Shown: positions 1-13,495 of the stretch, in pieces | Position numbering within the stretch: position 1 is the stretch's first letter | Layout of the letters: each line of letters opens with the position of its first letter | The notes under the pieces: generated by a model | Seen by the model: only the letters and a program-made list of their open reading frames with translations | Told to the model about the DNA's origin: nothing | The model's database searches: none | Assembly (NCBI GenBank): GCA_009914755.4 | Contig: CP068257.2 | Location: 13,184,001-13,248,000 of the forward strand | Direction: 5' to 3' | Source: the human T2T-CHM13v2.0 reference genome, Homo sapiens | DNA: 64,000 nt | Made by a program: the position numbers and the translations under genes

Positions 1-92
1 GTGATGGCAGATGCCTGTAATCCCAGCCACTGAGGAAGGCTGAGGCACGAGAATCGCTTGAACCCAGGAGGCGGAGGTTGTAGTGAGCCAAG
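1..92 (+). mobile_element. Alu fragment (internal portion), truncated by the window edge on the left and by deletion on the right
   Basis: Contains cctgtaatcccagc...gaggctgaggcaggagaatcgcttgaacccaggaggcggaggttgcagtgagcc, characteristic of the Alu right arm. Confidence 0.9.
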
Positions 93-1690
93 AAAATCTT
101 AGGCATCAGAATTTCAGAGAGTTTATAAAAGATGCCATATAAACTCTTTAATGGAATTTCAACTATTGTAAATTCTTAAGTAGTCGTAAAAAAAAACAGA
201 TTTCAATTTAAGGAAATTCTGCCCCAGATATTTTATTTACAGAAATTACAAAATCACAAGTTCCATCCCATTGCATTTTAAATACCACACTTTGTTTTAA
301 AATCTGAGGATCTGAGCAGGCTGAAGCCTGGTCTGGCCTATGGTCCCTGGGGTTGGAGAATTTGTGTGGCTATGCTTTCAAATCAACTGAAATGTGTCCC
401 TATCCTTGCTCTTCTCCTCTTACCCTGCCACTGCCAAAGTACTGGGCTCAGAATCCTGACTCTCCTTCCTTTCACTCCCTTCTCTAGGTCCTGCTGTGTT
501 CGCAGGAAGCTGTGGTCTGCAGCTGCTGTCCTGGACACAGGACAACTTGGTTAGGGCTTCAGCCCCTATCTGGACTCTAATTCCACCTTGGTGTGTTTAT
601 TGCAGCTTCGTGCATCCTTATCATTTTTCATCTGGTCTCTGGCAGGCAGAGTGTATGATGACTTCTCTGTCCCTCCTTGTCTTTAACTCAAATGATGATC
701 TTCTCTTTGGTGTTTTTTTTTTCCCCCGTTTTTCTCAGCTGTGCTGTTGTGAGAGTGCTTCATCACTGGAGCCTTCAGATGAACTAGGTGAGGGACTCTG
801 GGCCCCACAACCCTTCTCCCAGAGCTGTCTTGTGGCATCATTCAAGTCCTCTGGGTCAGGCAAGGGAGAGAGGCAGGAAGTTGGTAATTTCATTATTGAT
901 CAACTCGAATAGTTCTTCCCTTGATCTTGATTCCATTAAAATTGTCAATGGCCAAAATGGTACTCCTCTGGCCCTCATAGCAGGTAAAACAGAATCCTTT
1001 GGACGCATTCCTGACTTCCTGTCCTGTACAAGATTAATGTTAATATATCTCCCCTTATTGAGAGGCTACACAGATGACATCACCTTCAGTCAGTTCATAA
1101 CAAAGCCCTCCCGGGAACATCCAGGAGCTGTCCTTGTACACAGAGGACGGGATGCTTTAGGAGCCACTGCAATATCAGCCTGCCTTTTATTCAGCTTCAG
1201 GGCTAGCTTCACATTGATTAATGAGTTCATCTTTGTGGGGTGGAGTGCCACACAATGGTGCCTGGGTGGCTGAACCATGCCCACTTCTAGAGAACAGACA
1301 AGGGAGGATACCACTTCTGGTGGAGGCCCTCAGGGCACCTCCACAGTCTCTTCTCCACCCTCCCCACATGCCTTCCTCTGCCATTTAATGTTCAACTTTT
1401 CATGGTAGTCCAGTCACCACACAGAAGTATGCTACTGCTCACTAGTTGGAAAGATCTAAACTAGTCGAGTTTCAAAATAGGATGGCCAAGCTGCAACAAA
1501 GACTTCTGTTCTGAAATGGTTCCTGATCATGGAAGTTTTAACTCTACTATTTCACCTTTTGTCCAGGTAATAAATCCTTTCGAGAGCCTATAACATGTTA
1601 TGTTCACTTGGGCCAAATTATGAAAGGTAAATATTTGATGTGTTACAAAGAAAAAACTTAGACTAAGCTTTGCTTTGAGTGTACCTATTA

Positions 1691-2220
1691 TATTAGTCAG
1701 GGATCTACAGAAAAACAGAACCAACAAGATGTTTGTATAGATAGGTACATTCATTATAAGGAATTGGCCCAGGGATTATGGAAGCTAGTGAGTCCCAAGA
1801 TCTGCAGTCGGATAAGTAAACACCCAGGAGATCCAAGGTTAAGTTCCAGTCTGAGTCCAAAGGCCTGAGAACCGGGAAAGCCAATATTATATGCTACAGG
1901 TTCTAAACCCAAGAAGAGCCAATGTTACAATTCAAGTCTGAAGAATGGAAAGAGCAATATCCCAGATCAAAACAGTCAGACATAAGGAGTTCCCTCTTGC
2001 TCCTGGGAAGGTCAGGCCTTGTTCTATGTATGCCTTCAATTGATTGGGGTGGGACCACCAACATTGTGGAAAACAATCTGCTTTACTCAGTCCACCAATT
2101 CAAATGTCAGTCTCATCCAAAAACACCCTCACAGACACACCCAAAATAATGTCTGACCTAAAATCTACACACTCTGTGGCCTAGTCAAGTTGACACATAA
2201 AATGAATCATCATAGCTACC
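1691..2220 (+). mobile_element. Ancient interspersed repeat (LTR-like; family not confidently assigned)
   Basis: Begins tattagtcagggatctacagaaaaacagaacc... and ends ...cagtcaagttgacacataaaat. This matches a widely recurring human repeat consensus that I recognise but cannot name with certainty. Confidence 0.45.
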
Positions 2221-3824
2221 ATGTTTCCAGATTGAATGAGCCCTAAGCAGTAATAATTCTGCTCCATATTATACCTATTTGAGTGATATAGAAGGTGATT
2301 CTTTGCTCTTAAAAATGGCAGTTCTCAGGGTGAATATAGTACACATTTGTGTGCACAGCTTCAAATGGCACTAAGAAACCAGTAGCCACTATCAGTGGCA
2401 AAGGCTCCAGTGTGTAGCTGCAGTGGCATTTTGGAGAGCCTTATTTTGATTTGATATCTCAAAATAAGCCAACCAATTTCTTATAAAACTATTGCTACTT
2501 CTGTAACCCACAACTCTGTAAAAACTGTGATTGTTCCCCCAAAGATGTGCTTCACTTGGTATTTCAAGTCATATGATGGCAATCCCATTGAAAGTTCCAT
2601 AAAACAGTCACTTAGGTGTATTGCTCATACTCAGTCTACTCACTAGTCCAACCTATTCGACTTGAAACTCAGTAAATAATTGCAGACTTGTCATCCTGCC
2701 TTTATTTCCTTTATATCATTATTGTTAGCACAGATAAAAGGACTCAAAAATGGCACATAATAGGGAAGCTGAATATGTCTTAGAAGTCCCTTACACATCC
2801 GTAGGACAGAAAATAAACCTTACCATTGTTCAATTTGACCCACAATTAAATATCATCTTAAAAGCAAGATATATGTATTTCCCAGTGAAGACAGCAGGCT
2901 TCTTGATTTATTTTACTTATGAAAATAGACTAATGTAACATATGCTTCGGTGACAATTTATCATGGATATAGGTGGTAAAATATAACACTGAGTATTGGA
3001 GAAAGATTTGAAAAAATACTCCAGTATAGTAAAAATACTTAGTCCAGGAGCTTAAATAGGTTACCCCAGGCCTTTTCCCTAGTAAATATTTAAGGAATTC
3101 TATACCCTTGACACCGTATGGTAATCAGGAAGTGGAAGTCAACAACTTTAACTTATAAATATGAAAGGCATTGAGATGGAGGAACAGAAAAGGAAAAAAT
3201 CCTCTCTGGCATTGGTATTACTTGTATCATCATCAACAAGACAAGTTACAAACGTTTCATAGAAAGACAGCGGGAGGAAAAGGCTTTACAAAAGTATAAG
3301 TAAATAGGAACACACCGCTATCCATATAAATCCCCTCTTTCTTTAAAAAGTCCACTTCACCAAAAAAGCCACATTAGGCACCGATGGCCCAGTGCCTAGG
3401 GCCCACAATACTTAAGATGCTCATGAAAATGTCTTAATTTCTTTTACATAAAAAAAACTTTCATGTTAAAGAAAATATTTTACTATATAGTAACCTATTG
3501 TTATATTAACGTAATGATAAAACATAATTTTTAGGTTCCTTTTGTGTGTGGGTATGAGGTTAGGACCTATGAAGACAAAAGTGCCTGGGGCCCATAAAAG
3601 TCATAATATGGTCCTGTTCCTAGATTCATGTTTGTCTTATATGGCCCTATTTCTCTGGCCATAGCTGGCTAGAATAGGGATAGACCTTGACCTAAGTCAA
3701 GCCTATCAAATTCTGCCTCCTATGAGTTTAGAATTGAGATTTAAACTTGCTTGGTAGTGCTAGATAGTGTGTGAGGACCTATATCCTTTGAAGTAGTCAT
3801 GAGTAAAAAAGTGACAAAAGATCG

Positions 3825-4202
3825 TGTATTAGTCCATTCTTACATTGCTATAAAGAACTACCTGAGACTGGATAGTTTCTAAAGAAAAGAGGTTTAATTG
3901 ACTTACAGTTCCACATGCTGTATAGGAAGCATGGATGGGGAGGCCTCAGGAAATTTGCAATCATGGCAGAAGGTGAAGGGGAAGCAAACACATCTTCACA
4001 TGGCAACGAGACAGAGAGAGCTAAGGCAGAAGTGCTGCACACCATTAAACAACAAGATCTCATGAGCACTCACTATCACAAGAAAAGAAAGGGGAAAATC
4101 TGCCCCTATGCTCCAATCACCTCTCACCAGGTCCCTCCCCCACCACTGGGGATTACAATTCAACATGAGGTTTGGGTGGGGGCAGACAGCCAAACCATAT
4201 CA
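3825..4202 (-). mobile_element. ERVL-MaLR LTR of the THE1/MST group
   Basis: Reverse complement of the THE1 consensus ends: begins tgtattagtccattctt and ends ...gccaaaccatatca. Internal cctcaggaaatttgcaatcatggcagaaggtgaaggggaagcaa motif. Confidence 0.8.
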
Positions 4203-4435
4203 GACCATCTGCAAGAGAAAGAGAAGAATGAGAGAACCTGTGAGACAGAGAGAGAATGAGAGAGACTTGAGGCTGTGGCCTGAGATCCTGATGTTCTCCA
4301 GTCTCTGTATACTAAAGGTTGGTTATTCAAACTTTTAAAAATCTATGAGGTGTCCCAGTATCCTTCCATTCAATCAGAATTTTTGGCTAAGCTGTTTGAA
4401 ATTATTTTCTGCTAATTTTCATCCAAGAATACTGT

Positions 4436-4790
4436 ATTCGTTTGCTAGAGTTGCCACAATAAAGTATCATAAACATGGTGGCTTAAAGAACAGAAATGTG
4501 TTGTCTTCCAGTTCTGGAGGCTGGAAGTCTGAAATAACATCAGTAAGGTTGATTCCTTCTGAGGGCTGTGAGGGAAAGATCTGCTCCAGGCCACTGTCTT
4601 TGGCTTATAGACGGCCTTCCTCTACCTATGTCTCTTCACGTTGCCTTCCTTCTATACTTGCCCGTGACCAAATTTCCTGGTTTTGTAAGCACACCAGTCA
4701 GTGGATTAGGGCCCACCCACATGACCTCACTTTAGCATAATTACCTCTGTAAAGCCCTTTTCTCCAAATGAGGTCATAATCTAAAGCAAC
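4436..4790 (+). mobile_element. Old LTR-like repeat ('ctgctataacaaaatacca...cagaaatttatttctcacagttctggaggctgg' family); diverged copy
   Basis: Shares cacaataaagtatcataaacatggtggcttaaagaacagaaatgtgttgtcttccagttctggaggctggaagtc with the copies at 30340 and 53010. Confidence 0.45.
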
Positions 4791-7627
4791 AGAGGACAGG
4801 ACTTCAAATATAAATTAGTGCAGAAGTGTGGAGACGATCTAACCCAAAAAAAGTACTAACTAAAACAGGAGCACAAACATAGACTCAATTATAGCATGTT
4901 CATTTATTACTGTCATTAATACTTTTTTGATATATTTTTCTCATTTTTTGAATTTTAATTTTAAAAGGCATTTTCTATATTTCCTCTTCTTTCTCCTAAA
5001 CCTTAATAAATTACTTAAGATCTTAAGTTCCCCAAATATGACACAATATCCCATAATGGCAAAGAATATGGACTCTAGCATGAGACTGCCTGAGTTCAAA
5101 GCCTGCCTTTGTCATTACAGCATTCATAGGCAAGTTACTCAATCTCTTTATGTGTCAATTTCCATAACAGTAAAATGAAATAGAAAGAATATTTATCTCT
5201 TAGGGGTGTTATGAAGATTAAATAAATTGCTATATGTAAAGTGCCTGACAGACAGCAAGTTCCATCTGAGGGCTTGCTATTATTATTATAGAGCTCAAGC
5301 CTTTACTTGTGCATTGGTCTTTCTTTATGAAGTTTGCCCTTTAAGACAATCACAAGGCAAATCTCAACTGCTGACTGCCTTTTCTGGGTAGGGCCTAGTA
5401 GCACAGACTCATCTTAAGGCCTTATCTTGCCTGCATTTGCATATGCCACTGAGTTCCTCAGGACCACTGAGTATCTTTCTTCAATTTCCTCACCTGTGAA
5501 ATGGAGACAATAATGGTAACTACCATAAGGAGTTTGTTGTCGTAATTAAATGAGTTAATTTATGTAAAGTACTCAGTACATACTGTGTATACCCTTAATG
5601 TTTTGACCAGGTGGCAATCTCTGACACTGACCAGAGAGCCCAATGACATAGCACTGACTCTGATGAAGTTCATGGCCAGATCACTGCTCTACCCTACAGA
5701 GTCTTGTGAATTTGCAAATACTCTCTACTTTATTGGAGTTCATAGTCAGGATAAAAGCCCTAATTTTGACTTGCTTTGGTCTAATATAAACACCATTTAG
5801 TTTCTTTTTTTACTATTTCAAGTGTAATGTTTTTAATATTATAAGAACAATACTTGAGACATATGAATCTTAAATTTGTCATTTTAATTGTAAGTTAAGA
5901 GACAGAGATAGCCTGTATATAAAATATCCATAACCACATGCCATGCAATTAAATATTTCTGCACAACTGTTCCAAAAGAGTATTTTAGCCTTGCTCTACA
6001 GGGAGGGAAATGATGTACAAAGATTCATTTATATTTATACAGTATATAAAAATACTTGAAATTTGTTGGCCTCTCTTTGAGGAAGGGAATCTAATTCTCT
6101 TATAATTAAAAAGAAAACATTTCTCTCAGCTAGAGAAATTAATAGAATTTATAGATATTTAATAATTTGATAACCACTTTCTTCAAAGTCTCTATATATG
6201 TGGTATATAGAAAACAACAATTATCTAGAAAATATACAAAACAAGCTTCTATTTTATTTGCATTCCAGAACAAGCAAATTGATACCACAATATGTGTTGC
6301 CTATATTTTAGAACAAGAAAGAAATTTAGTTACACCTCTGATGAAGGAACAATTTGGAATTATATCATTGTAAAACTGGGGAAATCCAATACATAGAAGT
6401 AAGAACATTCCCCATAATGGTACTAATTACTGCACAGTATCCATAACCTTTAGAGCACTGAGCTTAACTCAAACAAAATAACAGATGGTGTTTCAGGGAA
6501 ACAAGCATTATATTGCCTTGGTTTTTCTTTTCATGTGCGACTGTTAGAGAAAATTATGTTGGGAGTTCACTGGGACCTAATTATATTTGGTCTTCTATTC
6601 TGAATTCTGAATTCCGTCTATCTCATTCCAAATAAATAGTATAATTATATTAATTTAACCCAAAATAAGATAGTACACTGATTAAATATCATATTAGAAA
6701 ACTTATTCTACATATCTGGCCAAACATTTTACCATCTGATAGGGTAAAAGAATAAGCTCTTCAAATGTGTATTTTATTTCAGATTACTGTTTATTTTTTT
6801 CATGCTTTAAGTTTGCATTTTGAAGTTAACCACTATGGGGGAATTCAGACAACAGCAGATGAAAATACTAGCTAGAATATTATACAAGTGGCATTTTCCT
6901 GTGTCAATTTGTATATGTATCACTTCCTGTAAATAAACAAACAAACAAAGCCTGGTTAAATCTAAAACAATAATTGAGACACTTGTAGGCAGACACACAT
7001 GTAGATGATCTCTCAAGAGAGTGATAGTATGATTTATATCCATCTTGTTAAACTTAAAAAATACATTCCTCTTGAGTATGACAACTTCACCTGCTGAGTT
7101 TTGAAAGGCGTGCTGACTCAACTTCACAGCTTTTAGTCTCTTCCTCCAGATGATCAATTAGATAGTTTTTCAACAGAAGACCAGCTAAAGGGCTGTTGTC
7201 TTCTGGAATGGTACCAAGCAGTCTCACTGCTGATCTAAATATCAGCTCAACGAGAACCGCCACAATGCAGATCTGTGTATCTACTTTACACCTATTCCGT
7301 GGCCTCCATTTTTTCACCTCTACTTCTATGAATATTCACTTACCCAGAAGAATTGGACATCAACTCATTAGTTACTGAATTAAACAGACCAATCCCTGAA
7401 TTTTGGAAAAAGACTGAAGTAAAATTTTACTGTATAATACATAGAACCCAACATATGGCAGACAACAAATGTAGAATGACCTACACTGCGTATTTGTTGC
7501 ATTAGCTACTACTGCTTAACTTACTATCTAGATTCCCCATCCTCCAATAAAATAGCTGGACTCATTTTAATCATCAATACCCTTGAGTAGAAACTGTAAA
7601 CTACTTGCTCTGATTGTTACTATATAG

Positions 7628-7966
<339 letters not shown>

Positions 7967-8851
7967 TGACCATTTTTTTTAATTGATCAATGATACTTGT
8001 TCTTTAAAGTCCAATCCCTGTTCAGATTCTTCCCTGCTTTGTTGTTCTATGAGTCTCTGCTGAAAATAATTGACAATCACGTACCTTTTGGTCTGACCAT
8101 CAAGACTGTGTTATAAGTGAGTTGATGTCTTTCTTGGTCATTTGGGCAGAGCCAAAGCATTCTTTCATTAAATAGTTCTTATGCTTTTTCAAGTAATGTT
8201 ACAAGGAAATTTCAGTGCCTAGAATAAGGACTAACACAAATATAACAAAATCTTACCTTAGCTGTAATGTGACTAACCCTCCTGGATATTATGCTTGGAA
8301 TCTCACAAATAAACTAGAAATACTTCATTCCTCACATCAGAATATATAGGGCCAGAATTTGGCTCATGTGATCAGACTGAAGATGAAATTTTCACTAAAC
8401 CATGAACTCTACTTGGCAATGGAAATGACACTTTTTTCAAAATGAATCACATCCTGAAAGCCATTGGTCCACACGCCCCACATCAGTATAAATCCTTGCA
8501 GAGTCTGGAGATTTATGTTTTCAGTTTGGCCTTTCTTTCGATTATTGGAGAGCTTTAATTTCTTTTCATTATTTTGGATTCCCTCATTTTTTTCCCTACT
8601 TCTAATTCTCTGCATACATCACACACCTGTATTTGTCTTTGATAATGGAAAAAAAGACTCATCACTTTTAATGCCCACTCAACATATCTTCATTATCTTG
8701 GGAATATCTTCACCAAAATATATTAAAAAGTCACTAGAGAAAAATGAATGCATATACAATGTATGAATATTGCTGGGCTAAATGGGTACCTCTATCTCAT
8801 TAGTCAGCATGGAGCCTCCTGGCTGCATGCCTACATTTCAAGCCCAGCCAG

Positions 8852-8878
8852 AAAAACAACAACAACAAAAACAACAAA
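8852..8878. repeat. (CAA)n microsatellite
   Basis: gaaaaacaacaacaacaaaaacaacaaatag. Confidence 0.7.
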
Positions 8879-11789
8879 TAGATTTGAGACATCCAAATGA
8901 AAAGAAATGGTCCTTTTTCTGATTGTGTTAACATTCTACTAGTTATTTATTCATTTATGTCTTTTTCTTAGTCTTCTGCAGCAGAATCAAGCAAATCCCA
9001 TTTGTTCCTTCACTCCGCCAATATTTATTGTATACCTTCTACATACCAGGAACTATTGTAGGCACTGGAAAAAAGAATGAACAAAATCAGTAGATCTCCT
9101 GTTTTCATAACATTTGCATTCTAGAGGAAGACCAGAGACAAACAAATAAATACACAATATGTCATACAGGTAGTAAGATCTAAGGAGAAAATAATAACAA
9201 GGGAGGGTGAGAACGAAACTGTGCTCCTGGACAGTGAGGATTCTATTACATCTAGGTGTTATTTGAGTGGGAACTTGAAAGGAAAATAAAGAAGAAAGTC
9301 ACGTAAGTATCTGGGAAAGTAGTATCCTTGACGGAAAACTGAATTTACAATAAAAGCCTTCATTTATACGATCTGATTGGCACTGGCTTGAGGGGAGCCA
9401 AGTTCATTCCATTTTCAAGTAAAGAATAAGTCAGAATTATATATCCTTTAAACCACTGTATACTTTTAGAAACTCTGCAAAAGTCCTCTGAAAATATTCT
9501 TCACTTAACCCTTACTCATACTTTGCTAAACTCTTCCAACTTTGCATTACACAATTGATAACTTTAAACTAACCTACAGTACTCTAAGTTTACTTTACAT
9601 TTTTTTAATCAATGGTGGGTACATTAGTGAGCATCCACCATCAGTGAGTACATTTTATTATACTTCCTAGTTGTTTGGTTACTTGCTAAGGAAATTTTCT
9701 GCAAGTTTGCAGACTGTGGGAATATAAGGAGCACAACGAGTAAGGCCAGATGTCCTCCCTCTTGTTTAAGAGCTTAGATTTCAAGTGACACTTGTATACT
9801 TTAAGTAGAGACTGCTGCTTTTCGTAGCGGTGTGAATGTTTGCTATACCAAGATGCTGTGATCGTTCAAAGTGAATGCAAATGCCTGTCCTCACAGGCAG
9901 TCTCTAAAGGCAATCTGATAAATGCATGTAGATGTTTGAACATAAACTGAAAGCAAGAGGAAAAGAGCACTTACCAAATGGAGTAGAATACCCAATGAAT
10001 AGAGTACAAGCCATTTTGTTCTTGGAGAGAAACAATATGACTCCTTTCTTTTGGGAAGTCTGTTTCTTTTCTTTAGGTCTGAGCCCATTAAATGATTCAA
10101 TTTATGTTTAGCACTTAGACAATAAACATTATATCCCTTTCCTCTCTGACTGTAAGACCAGAAGGAAGGTGGGAGAAAAAAAGCAAAGATTTCCCGAGGT
10201 TCACAGATACCTGAATTCAAATACAGAGAATATAAATGAGAAACAACACTTTTGTCACTGAATTTAACCTGCCTTTAAACCTGATAAAGTTGCAAATTCA
10301 ACATTGATTTTTCTCTAAAAATAAATAACTTATTTTGAGGAACAGCAGATGAATTTACACCCTATAGAAATAATTTAGGATGCTGGTTCCCTAAGGTTTT
10401 TCCCAAGACTAAGAAATATTGATCAAGAGCAACAGGAAAACTCCCCAGCAAAATAATGTGAGCAGTTTGAAATTTTGTTTTCATATTTTGCCTTTATTCT
10501 CAGTATCTCCTATAAGGAGCTTAGTTGTCACTTTGACATTTATTGTCTCAATATTCACATGTATAAAATAGTGAAGAGAAAAAGTATCATTTTTAATGAT
10601 TGACAGTAACAGGGTTTAGATAAAACTTCCAAGAGCTAAGTGGATTGTTGAAGGAATTAAACAGATAATTCATGCAAAAAATTCACAGATGTGGCTGAGA
10701 TAAAAAATTGTTTATTAGGTTTTATGCCTATATATTTTAGATAATCACCTTGATTTCTTCTTTGTTCTTCATGGAGAGATACAGGCTGAGTAATTTGTGT
10801 AACATATATTACCTATATGCTGCTTTTGGTACCATGATCTGTTTAATCAACATTTATGCTTGGTTGACTTTTCTTAATTAAAAAAGGAAGATTAACTTAG
10901 CTATTAATTTATGACCTAAAAGTATAAGCTTCCACCTTGCCAAACTACTATCTAGTGCTTGTAAATGACTGTGTGTTTCCATTTGACTGATTTTTAGTGA
11001 CAGCATGGCATAGTGACCTTAAAAGGGATAACATGGTGATAATGTACAATAATGATATATCGAATGTTTGGTGAAAAAAAAGTAGCATACATTAGTGCAT
11101 CCCTGCTATGATTAAACTATGTTACAAGTAAGACAAGGATCGAATGGAAACCAGAGAAAATATAGGCAGGTTAGTTTGTTGCCATCGTGGGAAGTTGGAT
11201 CCAAGTAGATTTAGCTTCAACTGAAATGTATTGGATGCCTACTATGCGCCAAGCAGTCTGCCAAGTTCTTTCATCTTTTTTATCTCCTTATATCTCATCA
11301 GTCCTGCGAGAAGATTATTATTATTCTCACTTCACCAACAAATACAAAAACAACTTTCAAAGAGCAGACTCGAGATTACACAGCTTCATGAGAAACTGAA
11401 ATGTAAGCCATGGTTTCTGATTTCTTTCACACATTCCCTACGTCATGTAATGCGTTAAAAAGAAATAAATATAACTAAAACACCTAATTAGTTCAACTAC
11501 CCCCATGGCTTAAATATATACATAATATATGCTATATTTAATACATAGAGCATCACTGTCATTAGTTATGAGACTTTCAGGAATTATGTCTTATGTATAC
11601 AAATGTATTATGTATATAGCAAACCTGGAAGTGAAAATGGGTAACAGCTGTAATAGGATTGTGGTGGAGAGATCCAGGATATACAACTGTGAAGTCTTTT
11701 TCTGAATTCTCCTTATCTACCTAGAAGTAGAAACTTTCAAAAGAATTCAACTATCATGAATACCCCTCTGAAGGAGTCTGACGCTACGA

Positions 11790-12075
11790 AAAGACCGCTT
11801 GCACCTGCATAAATAACACAATTTCTCCCACTTGTTCCCCTAAGAATCTATATGTCTTTCCTAAACATGTATGTTCTTCTCATCAAAGCCTTTTCTCTCT
11901 CCTTCACTTTTTCTTTTAAATTAGGCCTATAAGACCCTAACTTTAGCTATTTAGTGAGGCCACTTCTTTTGTGTGCTCCCGTATGCATATATAAATAAAC
12001 TTTAGTTTTTATTTCTCCTGCTAATCTGTCTTTTGTCAGTTTAATCTGCAGGCCTCCAAGCCAGGAACCAAAGTG
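11790..12075 (+). repeat. Unassigned interspersed repeat, copy A (LTR-like, carries an AATAAA signal); homologous to 18223-18530
   Basis: About 75-80% identity over ~280 bp with copy B, including ...tagc[t/c]atttagtgag(g)ccacttcttttgtg[t/c]gctccc...gtctgtcttttgtcag[t/g]ttaatctg. Confidence 0.5.
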
Positions 12076-12769
12076 AGTACAAGAATAGTTTTCCCTCCGC
12101 AACACTTTGGCAATGAAGATGGGATGGTTGGGACTCCCCAGTCACTCTGAAGGCTGCAGCTGAGATCTCAGGATCTCTTGACCAAGCCAGCAAAGGTAAA
12201 TTTCCTTGCTGATCTCTGCTCAGCATCCAGCTGAGTGCGTGCAGTAAGAACTTGTCTTTGTTCAAACAGGAAAAGTTCCCTGATCCTCTCACAGGGCATG
12301 TGATGGGGGTGTGGCTTGCTTCTTCGTGCCCCACTGCTCAAACCTCTAGGGAAACTTACAGACGGGCAGGCTGTGGGGCTCTGACTCCTCGGCAGTGTCT
12401 AGGGGTGGATGTTTACAGCTCCTGAAGCCTCAGTGGGCGTGTGTCAGAGGGTGCTTAGAGGTTTGCCGTCTATCCGTCTACGGGTGGCTTATGTTAACCA
12501 GCTCAATTAGACCCTCTACCTTGTCACAAGGACAGAGGGCTGTTTCCTGAGTTCTTGCCTTGGTGTAGTGGAAGAATTGGACCACACGTGGGCTTGGAGA
12601 ATGAGTGTAAAGTTTTATTGAGTGGAAGTAGCGTTCAGCTGATGGGGCAGCCAGAAATGAGATAGTCTTCCGCTGGAGTTGGGCCACTCAGCAGCCTGGG
12701 CTCTCCTCCGACTGCCCTGGCCAAACTCCGCCTCATCTGGTTGGCCCATGGCCTGCCGGCATCTGTTGG

Positions 12770-13495
12770 TGTGCTCCTCCGCCAGCGTGCTTCCCCGCCA
12801 GCATGGTCCCCGACAGGTGCTCCTCCGCCAGCGTGGTCCTCGGCTAGGTGCTCCTCTGCCAGCGTGCTCCCCCGCCAGATGCTCCTCTGCCAGCGGGGTC
12901 CTCAGTCAGGTGCTCCTCTGCCAGCGTGCTCCCCCGCCAGGTGCTCCTCTGCCAGCGTGATCCTCGGCCAGGTGCTCCTCCACCACTGTGCTCCCCCGCC
13001 AGCGTGCTCCTCTGTCAGGTGCTCCCCCGCCAGGTGCTCCTCTGCCAGCATGCTCCCCCGCCAGCATGCTCCTCTGCCAGGTGCTCCCCCACCAGGTGCT
13101 CCTCCTTCAGATGCTCCTCCAGCAGGTGCTCCCCCGCCAGCGTGCTCCTCCACCAGCGTGCTCCTCCTCCAGCGTGCTCCTCCACCAGGTGCTCCTCCAC
13201 CAGCGTGCTCCTCCACTGCTCCTCCGCCAGCGTGCTCATGCGCCAGGTGCTCCTTCGCCAGCGTGCTCCTCCGCCAGGTGCTCCTCCTCCAGGTGCTCCC
13301 CCACCAGCGTGCTCCTCCGCCAGGTGCTCCTCCACCAGCGTGCTCCTCCACTGCTCCTCCGCCAGCGTGCTCATCCGCCAGGTGCTCCTTTGCCAGCGTG
13401 CTCCTCCACTGCTCTTCTGCCAGCGTGCTCCTCCGCCAGGTGCTTCTCCGCTAGGTGCTCCTCTGCTAGGTGCTCCCCTGCTAGGTGCTCCCCTC
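12770..13495. repeat. GC/CpG-rich minisatellite with an alternating 15/16-bp unit (ccag[c]gtgctcctccg), about 47 copies
   Basis: Direct reading shows ccagcgtgctcctccgccaggtgctcctcc repeated with point variants. C-rich on the + strand and G-rich on the - strand. It generates the 237-275 aa Pro/Ala/Ser-rich and Gly/Ala-rich ORFs in the track. Confidence 0.92.

Noticed and set aside
366-1273. Overlapping 62-161 aa ORFs near the window start
   Set aside because: Apart from the 49-bp splice-flanked segment reported separately, I see no codon-usage or homology signal. The multiple overlapping frames suggest chance ORFs in moderately GC-rich DNA
11990-12000. AATAAA in repeat copy A, and the minus-strand AATAAA at about 12620, as poly-A signals of a host gene
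   Set aside because: Both sit inside repeat or LTR-like sequence with no upstream exon structure. Hexamers like these are expected by chance in AT-rich DNA and within LTRs
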